Position numbers and translations under genes: made by a program
The notes under the pieces: model-generated
Told to the model about the DNA's origin: nothing
Database searches by the model: none
The model's input: the letters and a program-made list of their open reading frames with translations, nothing else
Part shown: positions 33,890 through 47,422 of the stretch, in pieces
How the letters are laid out: each line of letters opens with the position of its first letter
Numbering within the stretch: position 1 is the stretch's first letter
Assembly (NCBI GenBank): GCA_964658305.1
Contig: OZ210885.1
Span: 4,774,001 to 4,838,000 of the forward strand
Direction of reading: 5' to 3'
DNA length: 64,000 nucleotides
Source of the DNA: Leptogorgia sarmentosa
Taxonomy: Eukaryota

Positions 33890-36355
33890 GTATGTACTTG
33901 TATTTTTTAAGATATACATAATTCCTTATACATTCACATAGTGGAATTTTCTTCAAAAATTTGTAAGGGCCAAACCTGAAATTCTATAACATCTCGTTTT
34001 TTTATCGTGTCTGTCCTCCCGTTGGTACACTTCCTCAGAAGAGTACGAACTTGTTGCCCAGGCCGTTTGCCTTTGTTAATTAATGGGTGAGAAAGGAAAG
34101 GCAAAAAACGAGGTAAGGAAAGGTAAAAAGTCAAAATAAGCTGCCATATTTAATATATGCATAGACAGGTCGAAATGTTTATAATTATTATAATATATTT
34201 CGTGACTCGTAACATAAGCCTGTAATCTATATTTTCTTCTATGCGCAAACGTTGATGATAGATTTCGTTATGATCGTCTGGATTGTATTTCAAATTGTCG
34301 ATTATTTTCTATATATCTATAATAGATATCGTCTCTATTGTATATAACAGCCACCTTGATTCGATAAATAAAACATACCTGCCGTTCCGACTTTTAATTT
34401 TACTTTGTTTCAAAACCGTTTTCTTCAGCCATCAACTGTTTTGGAAGGACAAAAAACAACTCCCAATATATCTTATACCAAAAAGTACTCCGAATTGTAG
34501 AATTTCCGCGTTAACGCAGTTTAAGCGTCAGTGGACAGACTGATGCCTATAGTCAACGAAATATGTTACAGCAGGTAAATAAGGGAGTGCCCTGTTGTTA
34601 AGTATAGTTGATGACTATTTACATTCAAAAATAGCTTTGCATAACAATATTTAGCAAGCTAGTTAAGGATTGACTGTTCACAAATCCCTCTACCCTGTTC
34701 AGACTCTCAATTTATCTTGTTGTGCAATAGCTTACTGCAGTTGAATTAACCAATATGTGAATCCTATAACAAGTGGCTGACAATGAAATATTTGCCTTTT
34801 AACTTTGCACGGAGACCAATTCTATCAATCCAACTGTGCAAATCCTAACTATATTTAGACTTCTACCCTAGTTAAATCCTTAACTGTAGTTAGTTGACTC
34901 AACTGCGTTGAAAAAACGCATTTGGTTGGATAGTTCTCTAATCACTTAAACTGCATGCGGTTGAGAGAGTTGAGTTACTACCAAAAAAAGTCATTTCCAT
35001 AGATACAAAAGAAAGATGCTGATTAAATTTGGACCAGATCAGTTAAATAATTTTTCTAGTATATCTTTATTTACTTCAGAGGAGAAGGTTGTGGTACCAA
35101 TCACATGCTTGGTCACTTTGTTGGAAGAGCAACATAGAACACATAACACGTGAGAAATACCAGGCAATTGTCTCAATCAGCATAGCCTGAGATTAATATT
35201 TGATTGTTCAAGTCTCTATTGGATCTCTCCAATATAGTCCCAAATCTGATTCTTGCTCTTTAGCAACCGACCTTCCTTATATCATCACAGAAGACAGAAT
35301 GAGGACGGTTAGACAGAATTTACATTACTAGGAAGAGAAGTCTTAATGGAATTGGACAGAATCATAGCAGTATGGAAAATGGCGGGAGAGCAAGACTCGG
35401 ACGAAGAAATAAATAGAATTCTTGAAAACAAAGATGCAAAAATGTTTTGTCGGTCGTGACCCTCAACCCACTCTTTAGTTGTGCGTCTGTAACGTCACTT
35501 GCTGAGTGACAAATCAAAACAAAATTAATCCTTAATTTTAAAATAAAAACAAACTAATTAGCTATATTAATTTGGTTGCATCCCTATAAATCTTCGAGAA
35601 CGAATCTTCGAGTCTTTGTTCTTTGTTTTGCCCAGAAATTTTGCAATCCTTTTCATGAGGAGAAGATCAGGTTCTTCGGGGTGAGAAAAATGTGATTAGA
35701 TCACCAGAAAACGTGGGTTTATTATAAAGACGTTTACTATTATTATTTATTACTATTATTGTAATTAATTTACACATAGCACTATACTTACACACTTCGT
35801 GTAACAAAGCATGCGTTAAGTGGAGCACGTAGAGCCTCCTGCTCTTACACTGGAAGCTTAGCTGAAAGTGGAAGCGTTTGAAGGCGTTGGTTTAAAATAA
35901 AGAACGTTTCCCAAACCCGCCTGCCACCTTGAATTAGAAAATTATATCACTTTATGTGGCAGGGATAGCCCAAAGTGCATGATATGGCCCGACCAGCCTA
36001 AATATTTTCCCAACAGTTATCAAAAAATATACAACATTTTTACAAGTGAATGCATTTTTTCGTGAAATATTCAAGAAAAATCCAGGTTTAACTGTATATT
36101 AGCTACAATTTTTACGTGTATTTGGTCGTACTTCGCTAAAGTATATTGCTACACTAAGAGTTGTGTAAATGCGTTACTATAACTATATAACTATAATACA
36201 GTCATACCTGATATAGAGTATGCAAACATATTCTTCACTTAATCTTATTTATCCGTGTTATAATAATAACATACTGCCAATTAAATAATAGAAACTTCTG
36301 GCGAAGCAACGCATTGCAGTGAATATAAGCTGATCATTTTTTAACAAGGCAACGA

Positions 36356-36553
36356 GTTGAATTTAACCAAGATATGTGTCAAAATTCAACCAGTAATTCC
36401 TGGTAAAATCAACCAGGAATGCCTGGTTAATATCGGTAACCAGGGTTTCCTGGTTAAATTAACCAGTATTGCGTTAGTCCTATTTCAAATACTTTCCTGG
36501 TTAGAATTTAACCCCATAGTGGTTAAATTTAACCAGGGTGTTTTAAGAGTGTA
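36356..36553. repeat. One end of a non-autonomous DNA transposon with subterminal repeats
   Basis: Repeated cctggttaaa(t)taacc units in both orientations, ending in ttttaagagtgta (a CACTCTTAAAA-type terminus on the minus strand). Confidence 0.5.
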
Positions 36554-37019
36554 CATTCTGTTTTAGCAAAAAAATGGTTTAATGGAACTATCGAACTATC
36601 TTTACAACAAGAGTAAGAAAAACCATCTAAAACACAAGCAATTGAGGTGAATATTTGAGGTGTCTTAAAAACGACCAACCTTATCAGTCGGTTGATGATA
36701 AATTTTCTAAAATTCAGGTCCAAGAAGACCAAATTGTCTAAAGTTTATATAAATTAACATGATTCTTTATCATATATAAACCACCAGACTTGTTATTGTT
36801 TCCGACTTGTTGTTAGGTTTTTATTTAAACTTGGATTAAAAAGCCTCACTAGTCACTACCTTTATAGAGAAACGTAGCTACAATGTGTTATAAGGACTAA
36901 AACCGTCTATAAATCGTCAATTTTTTCAAACGTTTCTCAATTGACAGAAATTATACATTCTATAGAGTTTTAATTTGAATGCTATACATGCAGTATACCA
37001 TGCATATACGATTCGCTAT

Positions 37020-38497
37020 CTACTCAACATCTCTCTTGAAATGCATATAATCCAGCCCCATTTGTTCACCAGTGCGAACCAAGGACTTTTCAGCTTTCCT
37101 AATGATTTTTTCAATGTCGCCTTGGTTTTTGTCCACGCCTAATTTTAAAGATTCTTTCATTCTTCTCGCTAATGTTGAGTAAGACTTGGCGGAATTTAAT
37201 TGCTTTCTGACTTTGTTCAATTTCCATCTTATTTCACTTTCGCGATCTTTGAATTCCGGTATTTTTTCAATAGAATCTCCAGATCCCATGCCGGATACTT
37301 CTGCCTGTTGAAGTTCCATTACAATATCTAAATTGGAGCCTTTTCCGTCGCTATCCTCGGAACCTAGATTGTTAATGATGAAATGTACTAACATTACAAA
37401 ATATGATGTAATCATTGTAATGAATCACATCAAGCATAATCATGTGGGTTGCTATCCACTGCATGGATTCATCATCGTTTAAAATGCTTATCAATTGAAA
37501 TCTTTTCCGACAAAATGTAGAAAAATACCAATTTTCATCAAATTCTTAAACATGTGAAATTAAAACCTTATCTGGTTGTTACACCATATTATGTGGAACT
37601 GGACATACCACAAACTCAACCGCCAACCTTCCGTACAACTGCCTTACTCATTTGTTCATGCAAAACCATAATGCAGCGAATTACGCTACTACAGGCCGAC
37701 AAAATGTAAAAACACGTTCTAGTGACGAAATTATAAGGACATACTGTACGTTTTGTAAGATGTAGGTCTGCCGGTGTCACTTCCTCGACATTTTTATTTA
37801 GTCAAGCACAGGGGTAAATTCATTTTGCATTGATCTGAATCAATGCTGGATTAAGTATATTTGAGACAAGAACGTGTCAGAGGAAACATTTCTTTTTGAA
37901 AGTCGTTGCACAACGGAAATGTTTTATGATTATTAGTATTATTGCCATTTACTATACTACTTAACGGCAAGTAAACTGTAGCGTCAACTGCTTACCAGAA
38001 AATTTCTCACTTGTACTGTCTTGTACACAGAGTAATACAGTTTTAGAGTCAGATTATAGGCTTTTGAGTGGGATTAGTTGCATGGACTTGACTAAGAGTG
38101 CATGGCATTCGCTAAAGTTTGTGTTAAAAGCATCAACGCTGTATAAACGGTGCGATAACTCATAAATAGAGAGTAGCAAAAATGACGAGGTCTTCAATTT
38201 CTGCTGTTTTAATCTACTTGCATCAATGTCAACAATAGCCGTTGCACTTCTGTCCTGCACATTATATAGAGAAATGTATTTGGCGTCTTTCTCGGAATGA
38301 CGCCTTGATGAAGTTTGTAGATCTCTCTCAAGAGCGGCTTACTATTATAGTCCAGATTGATCACACCATCTTACTCATAATGCCTTTGTCGATAAATTTT
38401 ATCAAAATTTGCAGGCGTATATATCAGTTATTCTTGACAACTTACTTGAGTTTTGAATCGATAATAGTATCCCAAGAAGGAGCGGTAAAAACTCCAT
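37020..38497 (-). CDS. Gene C: small secreted protein (signal exon 38446-38497, last exon 37020-37363, possible internal exon unresolved)
   Basis: MEFLPLLLGILLSIQNS followed by a phase-1 GTAAGT donor. A phase-1 acceptor ctag|gt at 37364 opens the ORF carrying the LARRMKESLKLGVDKNQGDIEKII motif. Confidence 0.6.
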
Positions 38498-41233
38498 ATT
38501 AATTTATTCTTTATTTTTACAGTGGCGTTCAAGACACGCACATTATATTCTGTCGCAAAAATATTATAACATTGGTACATATTTAAGTGATGAGGTAATG
38601 TAGTACAATGACACTTTTGACCCAAGATGACCGTCATGACTTCAAACGAAGACCACCAAATATTTTATATCCGGCTTACTATTGTCAATATAGACGTTTA
38701 AAGCGGGAAACAACGGAGTGAAATAAAACTTGACCTATTCGTGACAGATTGCTTTACATTAGCTTTCTTTTTCCTGATAGTTAGTACAACAGGTTTACTT
38801 ATTAGCATTTTCCAGTTCAATGAAGCGTTTAGTGGGCCACAAAAGAAATTGCAACAGAACTTTTCTCAAAGTAGCTACCTTGTAACTACTTTGTTACTAC
38901 TTGTTATACTCATTACACGTTACATTTATAGTCCTCAATAAAAATGGCTATGTTTTATTTGAAGTTTTACATTTGTGCTAGATCATATCCAATTGGTATG
39001 TAAACTACAACATGTGCTTACGCGGGAAATTTAAACCTCGAAGGCTATCATTGTTTTCGTACAGTAGTTGTAATCATAATATTTGGCTTTAGCATAAAAA
39101 AGCTTGGCAGAAAATTCAGAATGAAGAACAATTTAATGAAGGCTAATAATGCATGATTCCACAATAAGGTCCTTCTGTAAAACATGTAATAATGCTTGGC
39201 CAAAATCATGCCAAACCCCACATACATACATAGTTTTCATGTCAGTACATGAAAAAAGTTAAAAAGTGAAAACCAAATGCAACACAGCAAAAGCTTTGCG
39301 GACAAGAAAGAAATGCAAAAAACATGAAACAGTTCGGGGACGGAATAACGACCCAAATTTCTTACACACACGATTCTTTTCATTGAAAGAGAAGCCTGAA
39401 ATTCGTGTTATGAACATTGGAAAAATAAGTACGGGCGCGCAAGCTAAGGCGAAAGAAGGTATTACTAACTTCAGAGCAACAAATATATATGCATACATTT
39501 CCTTATATATGCCTGAATACAGCTTTGTTTTTCTGCGATAATGGTTTGATAAGTCAATGGGAACACTATCAATTTAGAAATTTTACCAGCATCAAAGTGC
39601 GATAGCTGGCGCGTTTATTTGTAACGGAACAAATATCGTTGTGTAAACCTTTGTGCGTAAATTTTGTTTGTAACTTGTCTTGAGGTATATTTCAACTCGA
39701 GACTTGAAACTGATCAAAATTACGTGTGTTTTTAATACATCGCCAATATTATTAATTACTACGGCAACATTACCAGATGCAAATCGTACAAGCATATACC
39801 TCTGAAATTTGGAAAACGAGACGATGTAAAATATTGAAATTTTACACCTAACCTATTAATGTCTTCGCACATTACACCCAACTACCTCAACGATAAGACA
39901 GAATTCAACATTTCCGGCAATGCAAAAAGTTTAAACATAGTTGCATTATCGCTTCGTAAAGGACAAGCGCGTTCATTGTGAAATGACTCTTTGTTTACAC
40001 AACAACCCGACGACTGTAAATGTACCACCAGCATGATGAACGTTTTGCTTGAATGACCAATTCATTCCCCGGCTATGCCGTTTATTTACAAAGATTATCC
40101 ACGTGCGATTTTTAGACAAGATTTAGTATAAAATATACCATAGAATTGACACGAATAAAATGAACTGTGTTTTATCAATGTACACCATTGTGACGCACAG
40201 ACAAATTTTCTGGCACGTACTGATATCGCAAGTGTGGTAATATGGAGAGGATTTAATTCAGGTATGGAGGAATTAAAATAATTAATTTCAAAACAACAAG
40301 TTCCATAAACATGCACATGTTATAGTTGTATATATTTTGACAAAATATTCTTGTTTAATCTCATATTACATTGGTTACAACACAACATTAATTTTAAATT
40401 TTGATGTCGTTTCACCTTTTCCACTTCTTTCTAATCGAATTTCTAATCTGAAAGTCTAATTTGAATGAAATTCGCCACTGAACTCGCGAAGAACTGGATT
40501 GTTCATCGACCATGCACACGTTTAGTAATCCACAACTTTAAATCATAACGCTACAATATCAACAAGGTATAAATTTACGATAAAACTTGTTCAAAAAACC
40601 AAAAACACGACCCCTGTTCTTTGAAATCCATATAATCTTTGTTGTAATGACGATAGAGTTTTCCTACACGCTGGAATCTCCAGTAGTGATAGACCACGTA
40701 TCTCACCCAGAAATGTATACACAGGACACGCTTTGTTTTATACAATTTGTTCGTGGCTTTAGCACGCTTAGCCGGCTACAGTTGGTCATTTTTAAGATCA
40801 TTTTATCGTCCTTTCCTGTTGTACTTGCTTCGACAATCAGCTCTTTTTCCAATAACACCTCCAAGGTTGGTGAAACCTTTTAAGCCAAACTTTAGTGAAC
40901 AAGGGACTAACAGAAGGTCTAAAGAAGAAAAGTCATGCATACAGAAACTTCTTGAAGTATGTCAAAGAGGTGACGGGCATATTGGATTAGTCATTTGCTT
41001 CACACGCTGAAGTCTTATTGTATTGTATTCAACTTTGCCCCGGGATACTCTTCCTGGTGACGTCACCAAAAAATGCAGTTTTTATCTCCATCGAGCCAAC
41101 CCTAAGAAGTATTTAACATCAGGCGAAGTGCCAAAAAATCATATAGAACTATAATTATAACCCTCTACGTTTCCATAATGCAAATCATGTATCTTTATGT
41201 TTTATATGGAAAAAAGGATTCAGCTGAAATGAA

Positions 41234-44200
41234 ATGAACGTTAATCACACGCTTATGAATGCTGTTGGATGGATTTTCATTTGTTTATTCGTACTTGCGG
41301 AATCAACAATTCGACGCGGTAAGGACTAAAATCTTCAAACGAGACGTACATATACTTGCTTTCATTGCTTGTAGCAAATGCCATGTGTGTAAGATACTGT
41401 TACGTCTGAAATTCTAACGGGGAACAGTTAAAAAAACTCATCAACTGCATTTGAATAATATTCGTTTATTACTAACAGTCTAAGATGCATGGACCCACCA
41501 TAATTACTTCATACCGAATGTGGTAAAATGTTAATGGTACACAACCCATTTGGAAACATGTCCAGTGAACCCTGAATAGACGGGCATTGTAGCACCTCTC
41601 GGAAGAAGTTTTCTGATTGGCTTAGGTTAGCCAACCCAAACAACCCTGACCCTAAAGACAAAAGGAGGTGGAAGTAATAATGTGCATAACAATGTGATTG
41701 GTAGGCAACAGCCAATCAGAAAAGCCGTTCCGAGAGGTGCTATATTACTCGAATAGACGGGAATGATAACCTGAATACGCGATAAATAGATACTCTGTAT
41801 ACGGGGTGAAGCCAATACGGCGACCAATAAAAAAGTGTGGTCTGTGGTAGGAGTATTTAGTCCATGAATGGACAATATATTGATTGAAAAGGTTGTCTAT
41901 ACTGTACAAATATCCACCATACAAGGAGATTTATTGTGCGTGCAGATAGAAATTTTTTTTTCATAAACGGTTGCAATATGGTAATTTCAACAAATGAATA
42001 ATTATAGACTTCAAATGTGTATTGCAACAATTGTAGCATGTTAATCATTGATACTCTCATCTCTTATTAGAAACCGAATCGTTAAACAAAATTCCAAGGG
42101 AGAATAGCTTTCATTCCAACTCTTTCAAAAATAGCAAGAGGGTTCACAATAAAACGGAACGCCAAACACTGCTGCGCGAGTTTGTACTGGGTGATTTTAG
42201 TCCCTATAGGGACGACACTCCCCATGAAGAGAATAGTGATGAAGAAATCAGCGATGACAATGAGAACGCCGTACCAACTAGTCAAAAAGAGGACGTTAAT
42301 TTAGCAGTAATTCCAAACATTTTGACCAAAAGCGAAATAAATGAACAAAAAACAGACAAGCTAGCAAAAGGAATAACAACAAAATTAGGAAATAAAAAGA
42401 ACGAAGGAGACAAAATCCGGCACAAAAAATCTAAATACCATTATGAGAAAAAATGGGAAAAGAGGAAAAATCACAGTACTATTAGTCTATTGAAAGAAAA
42501 CATAAGAGATAGGAACTTTAGAAAAAGGGGAAATATCGACCACTTCCGGCCCGAAGAAAACAAAAAGTCAATAAAATTAAAGAACGCGAAAACATTAAAA
42601 TCAGGATATCCATTCGAGTACTATGACAATTTCGCTTTTGGTAATAGCCTTGCTGATAATTATGACGGAGTTAATGATAAAACAGGAAACTACTTCTCAC
42701 TGGATGAGAACTTTTACGATAGCGATGAAGGGTATGATATGGATGAGAGATTATGGCGTGAAAATAACAATGCTATAACCAATAAAATAAGATTTCAGGA
42801 GGGTAATACATTTCCCTTGCGAAATTTAAGAACGAAATCTTACGAAACTGCAGAGACCAGTACAGGCAATCCAGTACGAAAATTTAAAACAGGGCACTTT
42901 ATTACAACAAAACAGGTCGAACAGAAAGGCAATTTAAATAGAAATAGAAATACAAAAATTCGCGAGAATAAACTTGAACAAAAAGATCAAAGTGAAGAAA
43001 ATATACCGAACTCATACATGGGAAATATTAAACGAGACAAAAACAATGATATGGAACACAAAAACAAACACTTGACTGAGGATTATCGTGAAAACATGGG
43101 TATTACTAATTCGCCTGAAAAATGTAATGGCAACTGCACTATCGCTCGTAGTTCAAAAAATGTTACGTCACAGATGGTAGAAAAAGATACAAAAACTCCT
43201 AAATTTCATGCCTCATTAAAAAATGTCAAGGAGGATCGTGAGGTGAGTAAATTGGAAACTGATGTTACTTTGCACAACTGGATGTCACAGGAAAAAAGAA
43301 AACTTGGAAATGTAAACGAGATGTTAATAAAGAAGCTGAACAGGACTAAACATAGTAATACTATTAAAAAATACTCATTATTTCAGCAAATGCTTAATAC
43401 TCCAGTAAAATCAATAGTCAACTTTTTTCGAAAATATATTTTTGGAAACAAGGATCCTGGAGATCTCTTACTAAAGGACATATGGAAAGTGCCAAATACA
43501 AGAACTATTAACAAAACCGATTTCAAAATTAACGCTATGGAACGAAATCTAAATCGAACAAAAACTAAAAACAAACCTAAGGTTTCCAACAAAGTTAACA
43601 TAAAGACGATATTAAGAAATAAACTTAAATCAAAGTTATCTACGAAGACGTTTAAACCAAAGTCGACGGAAGAAACCAATCCAGTTACACGCACGTTTTC
43701 ATCAAATAAACATGAAGGTAGTTTAAAAGGAAGTGATGCGTTTATAGAACTTATTGATGTTCTTATTGATGGACGTATGTTGGATAAAAACAAATATCTG
43801 AGCGAAGCGTACAAAAAGAGCTTTATAATGCCAAAATTGAAAGAAAGTAATCACTTTCCTGGAAAGAATATTTTTGTAAATTCAAAGGCATCTGACATCA
43901 AACAAGATTCAAAGCTTCCTTATTTCATTCCACTCAGACAAAACGCAGAAATCAGTTCTGATAGGAAAAGCAAAAAATACTCGTTGCTGGAAAAGACCCC
44001 TACTGATTTTAACGCAAAACGTAGTGGCATTTACTACCCGGAAGAATCGGTCACGCCCAGAACCGACGTTACATTGAATAACAACCTTCATCCGACATCT
44101 GACAATAACTATCAGAGTAAATATCAAAATTTCTACGACAACAGAGAAACATATTTTCAATATCCCTGGAATGTTGCCGAAAATCACTTAGGAACACAAA

Positions 44201-46738
44201 ATAATAAACCATCGCCACAATACACGATTCCAAAGGCAAATCAACAAGAAAACCCTAATTACTTGACCACGTCAACGGAGAAGCAAAGACAATATTATAG
44301 GCAATATCTTGCCTTGCAAGAGACTGCTCGCGAGCCACCGCCATATACATTTCAAATCTATGGAGATTATCATTTGCCAAAAGGGACGCCATGGAACAAG
44401 TTGACGTCGACGAAAGATAAAAGCAAATATGGCTCAAAATATAAAGGTTCGTAACATTGAACCTCGTCGTAGTAGAGCTTCAAGTCAAAGTTCAGATATA
44501 CGAGGTTTTAAATTTCTAGCGCCTTTTCAGTGCCTCCCCGGAAGTCGGAATAGAAATGTTCAGTTCTATATGCTCCTAGTTCAGTTACCAGAAATATTGA
44601 CATCTTTCAAATATTAACTTTTCAATCACATTCTTCGAACTTTTTAGGTATTTTCGGAAACAAAGACTCTGATTTACAAAGTTCGTGCACAGATCTTGGA
44701 AAACAAGGTACGATTGGCTTGTGATCGCGTTTTTAAGCACATTAAATTTCGAAATGTGGCAACTGGTAATTGTTTTACCAAACATGCGTGCAAATTTCTA
44801 TTAATGCAGCTAACTTGAATTTTCTGGGTTTATAATAAATAAATTATCAAATATAATATGACGCAAGTACACGGAAGCGATACCTCATATTAGCGTAACA
44901 CCCTGTGTCTGTGTCTTTTAGATTACATCGAGTTTTGTCCCAAAGGTTGGGTTTCCTTCAAACAATTTTGTTTCTTTTTGGATGAAGAAGAACACGGATG
45001 GTCAGAGATTCCTAATATTTGCACAGGCAAAAATAGTAAAATGGCGATGCCAAAATCGCAAGACGTCATCGGATTTCTTGTTGACAAACTCAGCTCTAAA
45101 AAACAGTACACAAAACCATTCTTCGTGGGACTACGCAAGATAGATGAAGAATGGAAATGGATTGATGATACTCCATTAAGTGAAGGTTTATCTGATGAAA
45201 TAGAGAGTAATTTTCATAGTTGTGCTGTCATACAGGAAGGTTCATTAAGAAAAATGCCTTGCGATTTCAAGGCTGGGTTCATTTGTGAAATGAAAACAGG
45301 TAAGATTTATATTAATGTAATTCTAAAAATCTGGTTGATTGCATTGATCAATAATCACTTAAAATAGTGAGGTCATACTGTACGAGTGTCTAGCAGATCA
45401 CTTTTACCAGATCACTTATTGTTGGGCTGGGCCAATCTCAAATCTATGACTTTGTCTCTTTTTCTCCTTGACACCCATTCATAGCAAATATAACAAATAA
45501 CCAAAACTACACGCCATGAATAATCGCTCCAAATAGAAGTACCCATGCAAGCATCCCTTGCACGCTCATAGTTCATGGTACAGGACAACCTTTTTTGAAT
45601 CAGCTGTATATTTTATATAGGAATTGAAGCATCCCGTGTATTAACATTTGGTGATAGCCTGACTAAAGGTTATTATCATGGAGGTAAAAGCTACCATCCC
45701 TATGGCACAAAATTGGAGGTGCTACTGAATAAGGACGATCACAGATGCTTTGCACTTGATATATCAGGAAAAAATGGGGAGCAATCCGACCACATGCTGC
45801 AGCGAATCTCAGATTACCTAAACATGAGTAAGTATTAATAATGTAACATAAAGTCGCTATGCGTATATGTGTGTCGCTTCAATATATCAATACAATAACG
45901 AAAATAAGCTATTCGAACGTAAGCTTAGAGAATTACTAATAGCATCAGCTACTAATATGTACACTGCACATATTTTTCTGCCTTGAATCGTAGTATTTGC
46001 AGGCCTACTATATAGCTAACGGCCATTTCGACATCGAGATGAAATAATTCGGTTCTGTCCTGAAACAAGACATGCTGAAACCCGGACATATGAACTTCGC
46101 CATTGTTTATTTACAAAAACGGTGTTTCTTTTTAAGTTGAAAAATGAAAACATTTTTCGAGTGACCTAAAAAACATATGTACGTGTCTCCTGTTCACATT
46201 CACATTCAATAAAATTTGCGATTCTCGAACGCAAAGTATGTAAACCGCAACTAGGTGTAGTTCACTTAAACTATCAAGTGAACAATATGTCAATATCCTC
46301 AAACATTTTTTTCCAGAACAAAGAACTTATGACTGGGTGCTAATCTTAGCTGGAACGAATGACCTACTCGTGACTGATAATTCAAGTGATAAAATAGCTG
46401 ATCAAATTGTTATCATGCACGAAGTTGTACATGCTCGAGGAGCCAAATCTATAGTGATTACCATACCTGAAATATACTGTGAGCGAACCACGTGCAAAAA
46501 TGTAAAACAGAGAAGAAAGGCCGTCAACAAGCACTTGCGAATATATGCAGCAGCAGCTAGAAGTAAAGCATATTTGTCTGATTTGGCATTAAGAATTTCG
46601 GCTCATCAACTTTCTCTTGAAGATCGACAGGAATTCTGGGAACCATCTGGTGTGCACTTAAAGCGAAAAGGTTATGACAAAATGGCAGAAATTATATTTA
46701 AGGATCTAATGGAATCCATAGAATCACCTATTGAGTAG
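41234..46738 (+). CDS. Gene D: secreted ~1155 aa protein with a low-complexity region, C-type lectin domain and GDSL/SGNH hydrolase; 5 exons (41234-41318, 42071-44446, 44922-45299, 45621-45827, 46317-46738)
   Basis: All four introns are GT-AG, phase 1, and the frame is continuous. Signal peptide; CPKGWVSFKQFCF..FVGL..WKWID..C..C..FICE; FGDSLT, SGKNG, AGTND, SGVHL; AATAAA at ~46785. Confidence 0.88.
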
Positions 46739-47422
46739 TTAGACTTTCCAATTTTTTTCTATTGTGTGTCCAAATATGGAAAAAAATAAATTTTTCTAAA
46801 CAATTCATGGACAATGTTGTAATGTTCTCAATGGCTTGTTTTGGTTGGTTGGTTCGTTGATACAGTAACATTGCAACTAACTACTTAGTAACTTAGATGC
46901 GCCAAATTTTATATTATTAATGTGAATGTGAAATAAATAATTTCATCTAGAAGTACTTTCATTACATTTCAATTTGTCTTTGAACTTCTATGCAACTTTG
47001 CCGGATGGCGCACAGCCCGACTCTTGGTGGTCGAAATATTTCAATAACTAAACAAGATATGTTAAAACTGGAAAATAACTTACTAAACGATTTTAAAAGT
47101 TCTTTCAAATGAGCGAAGAATATTTTTTATTGCCTATACCCCTTGACTCTAGCAAGGCATGGCTGGTCGAGACTTTGTAGATGGTTTTCTCAAGCGCCAT
47201 CCAAAGTTATCTCTTTGAAGACCAAAGTGTCTTTACATCACATGTTTGGTCTGAACAGGACATCTGTTAATTTGTACTTTGACAATTTGAAAACTGTAGT
47301 CTGACTTGTATACACAAGCCTGTTAAAGTTTTAGCTCCTAAGGAAAGAGGTGTGTGTCGCCGGCAACTAGTGCAGGGCGTGGGCCAACAACCACTATTCT
47401 CATTGGACATAGTGGTTGAGGC

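Noticed and set aside
35379..35450. MAGEQDSDEEINRILENKDAKM, resembling a Crypton-like N-terminus
   Set aside because: Too short to support.
38054..38337. Possible middle exon of gene C (ALERDLQTSSRRHSEKDAK...)
   Set aside because: The phase fits but the acceptor is weak and the donor ambiguous; left unresolved.
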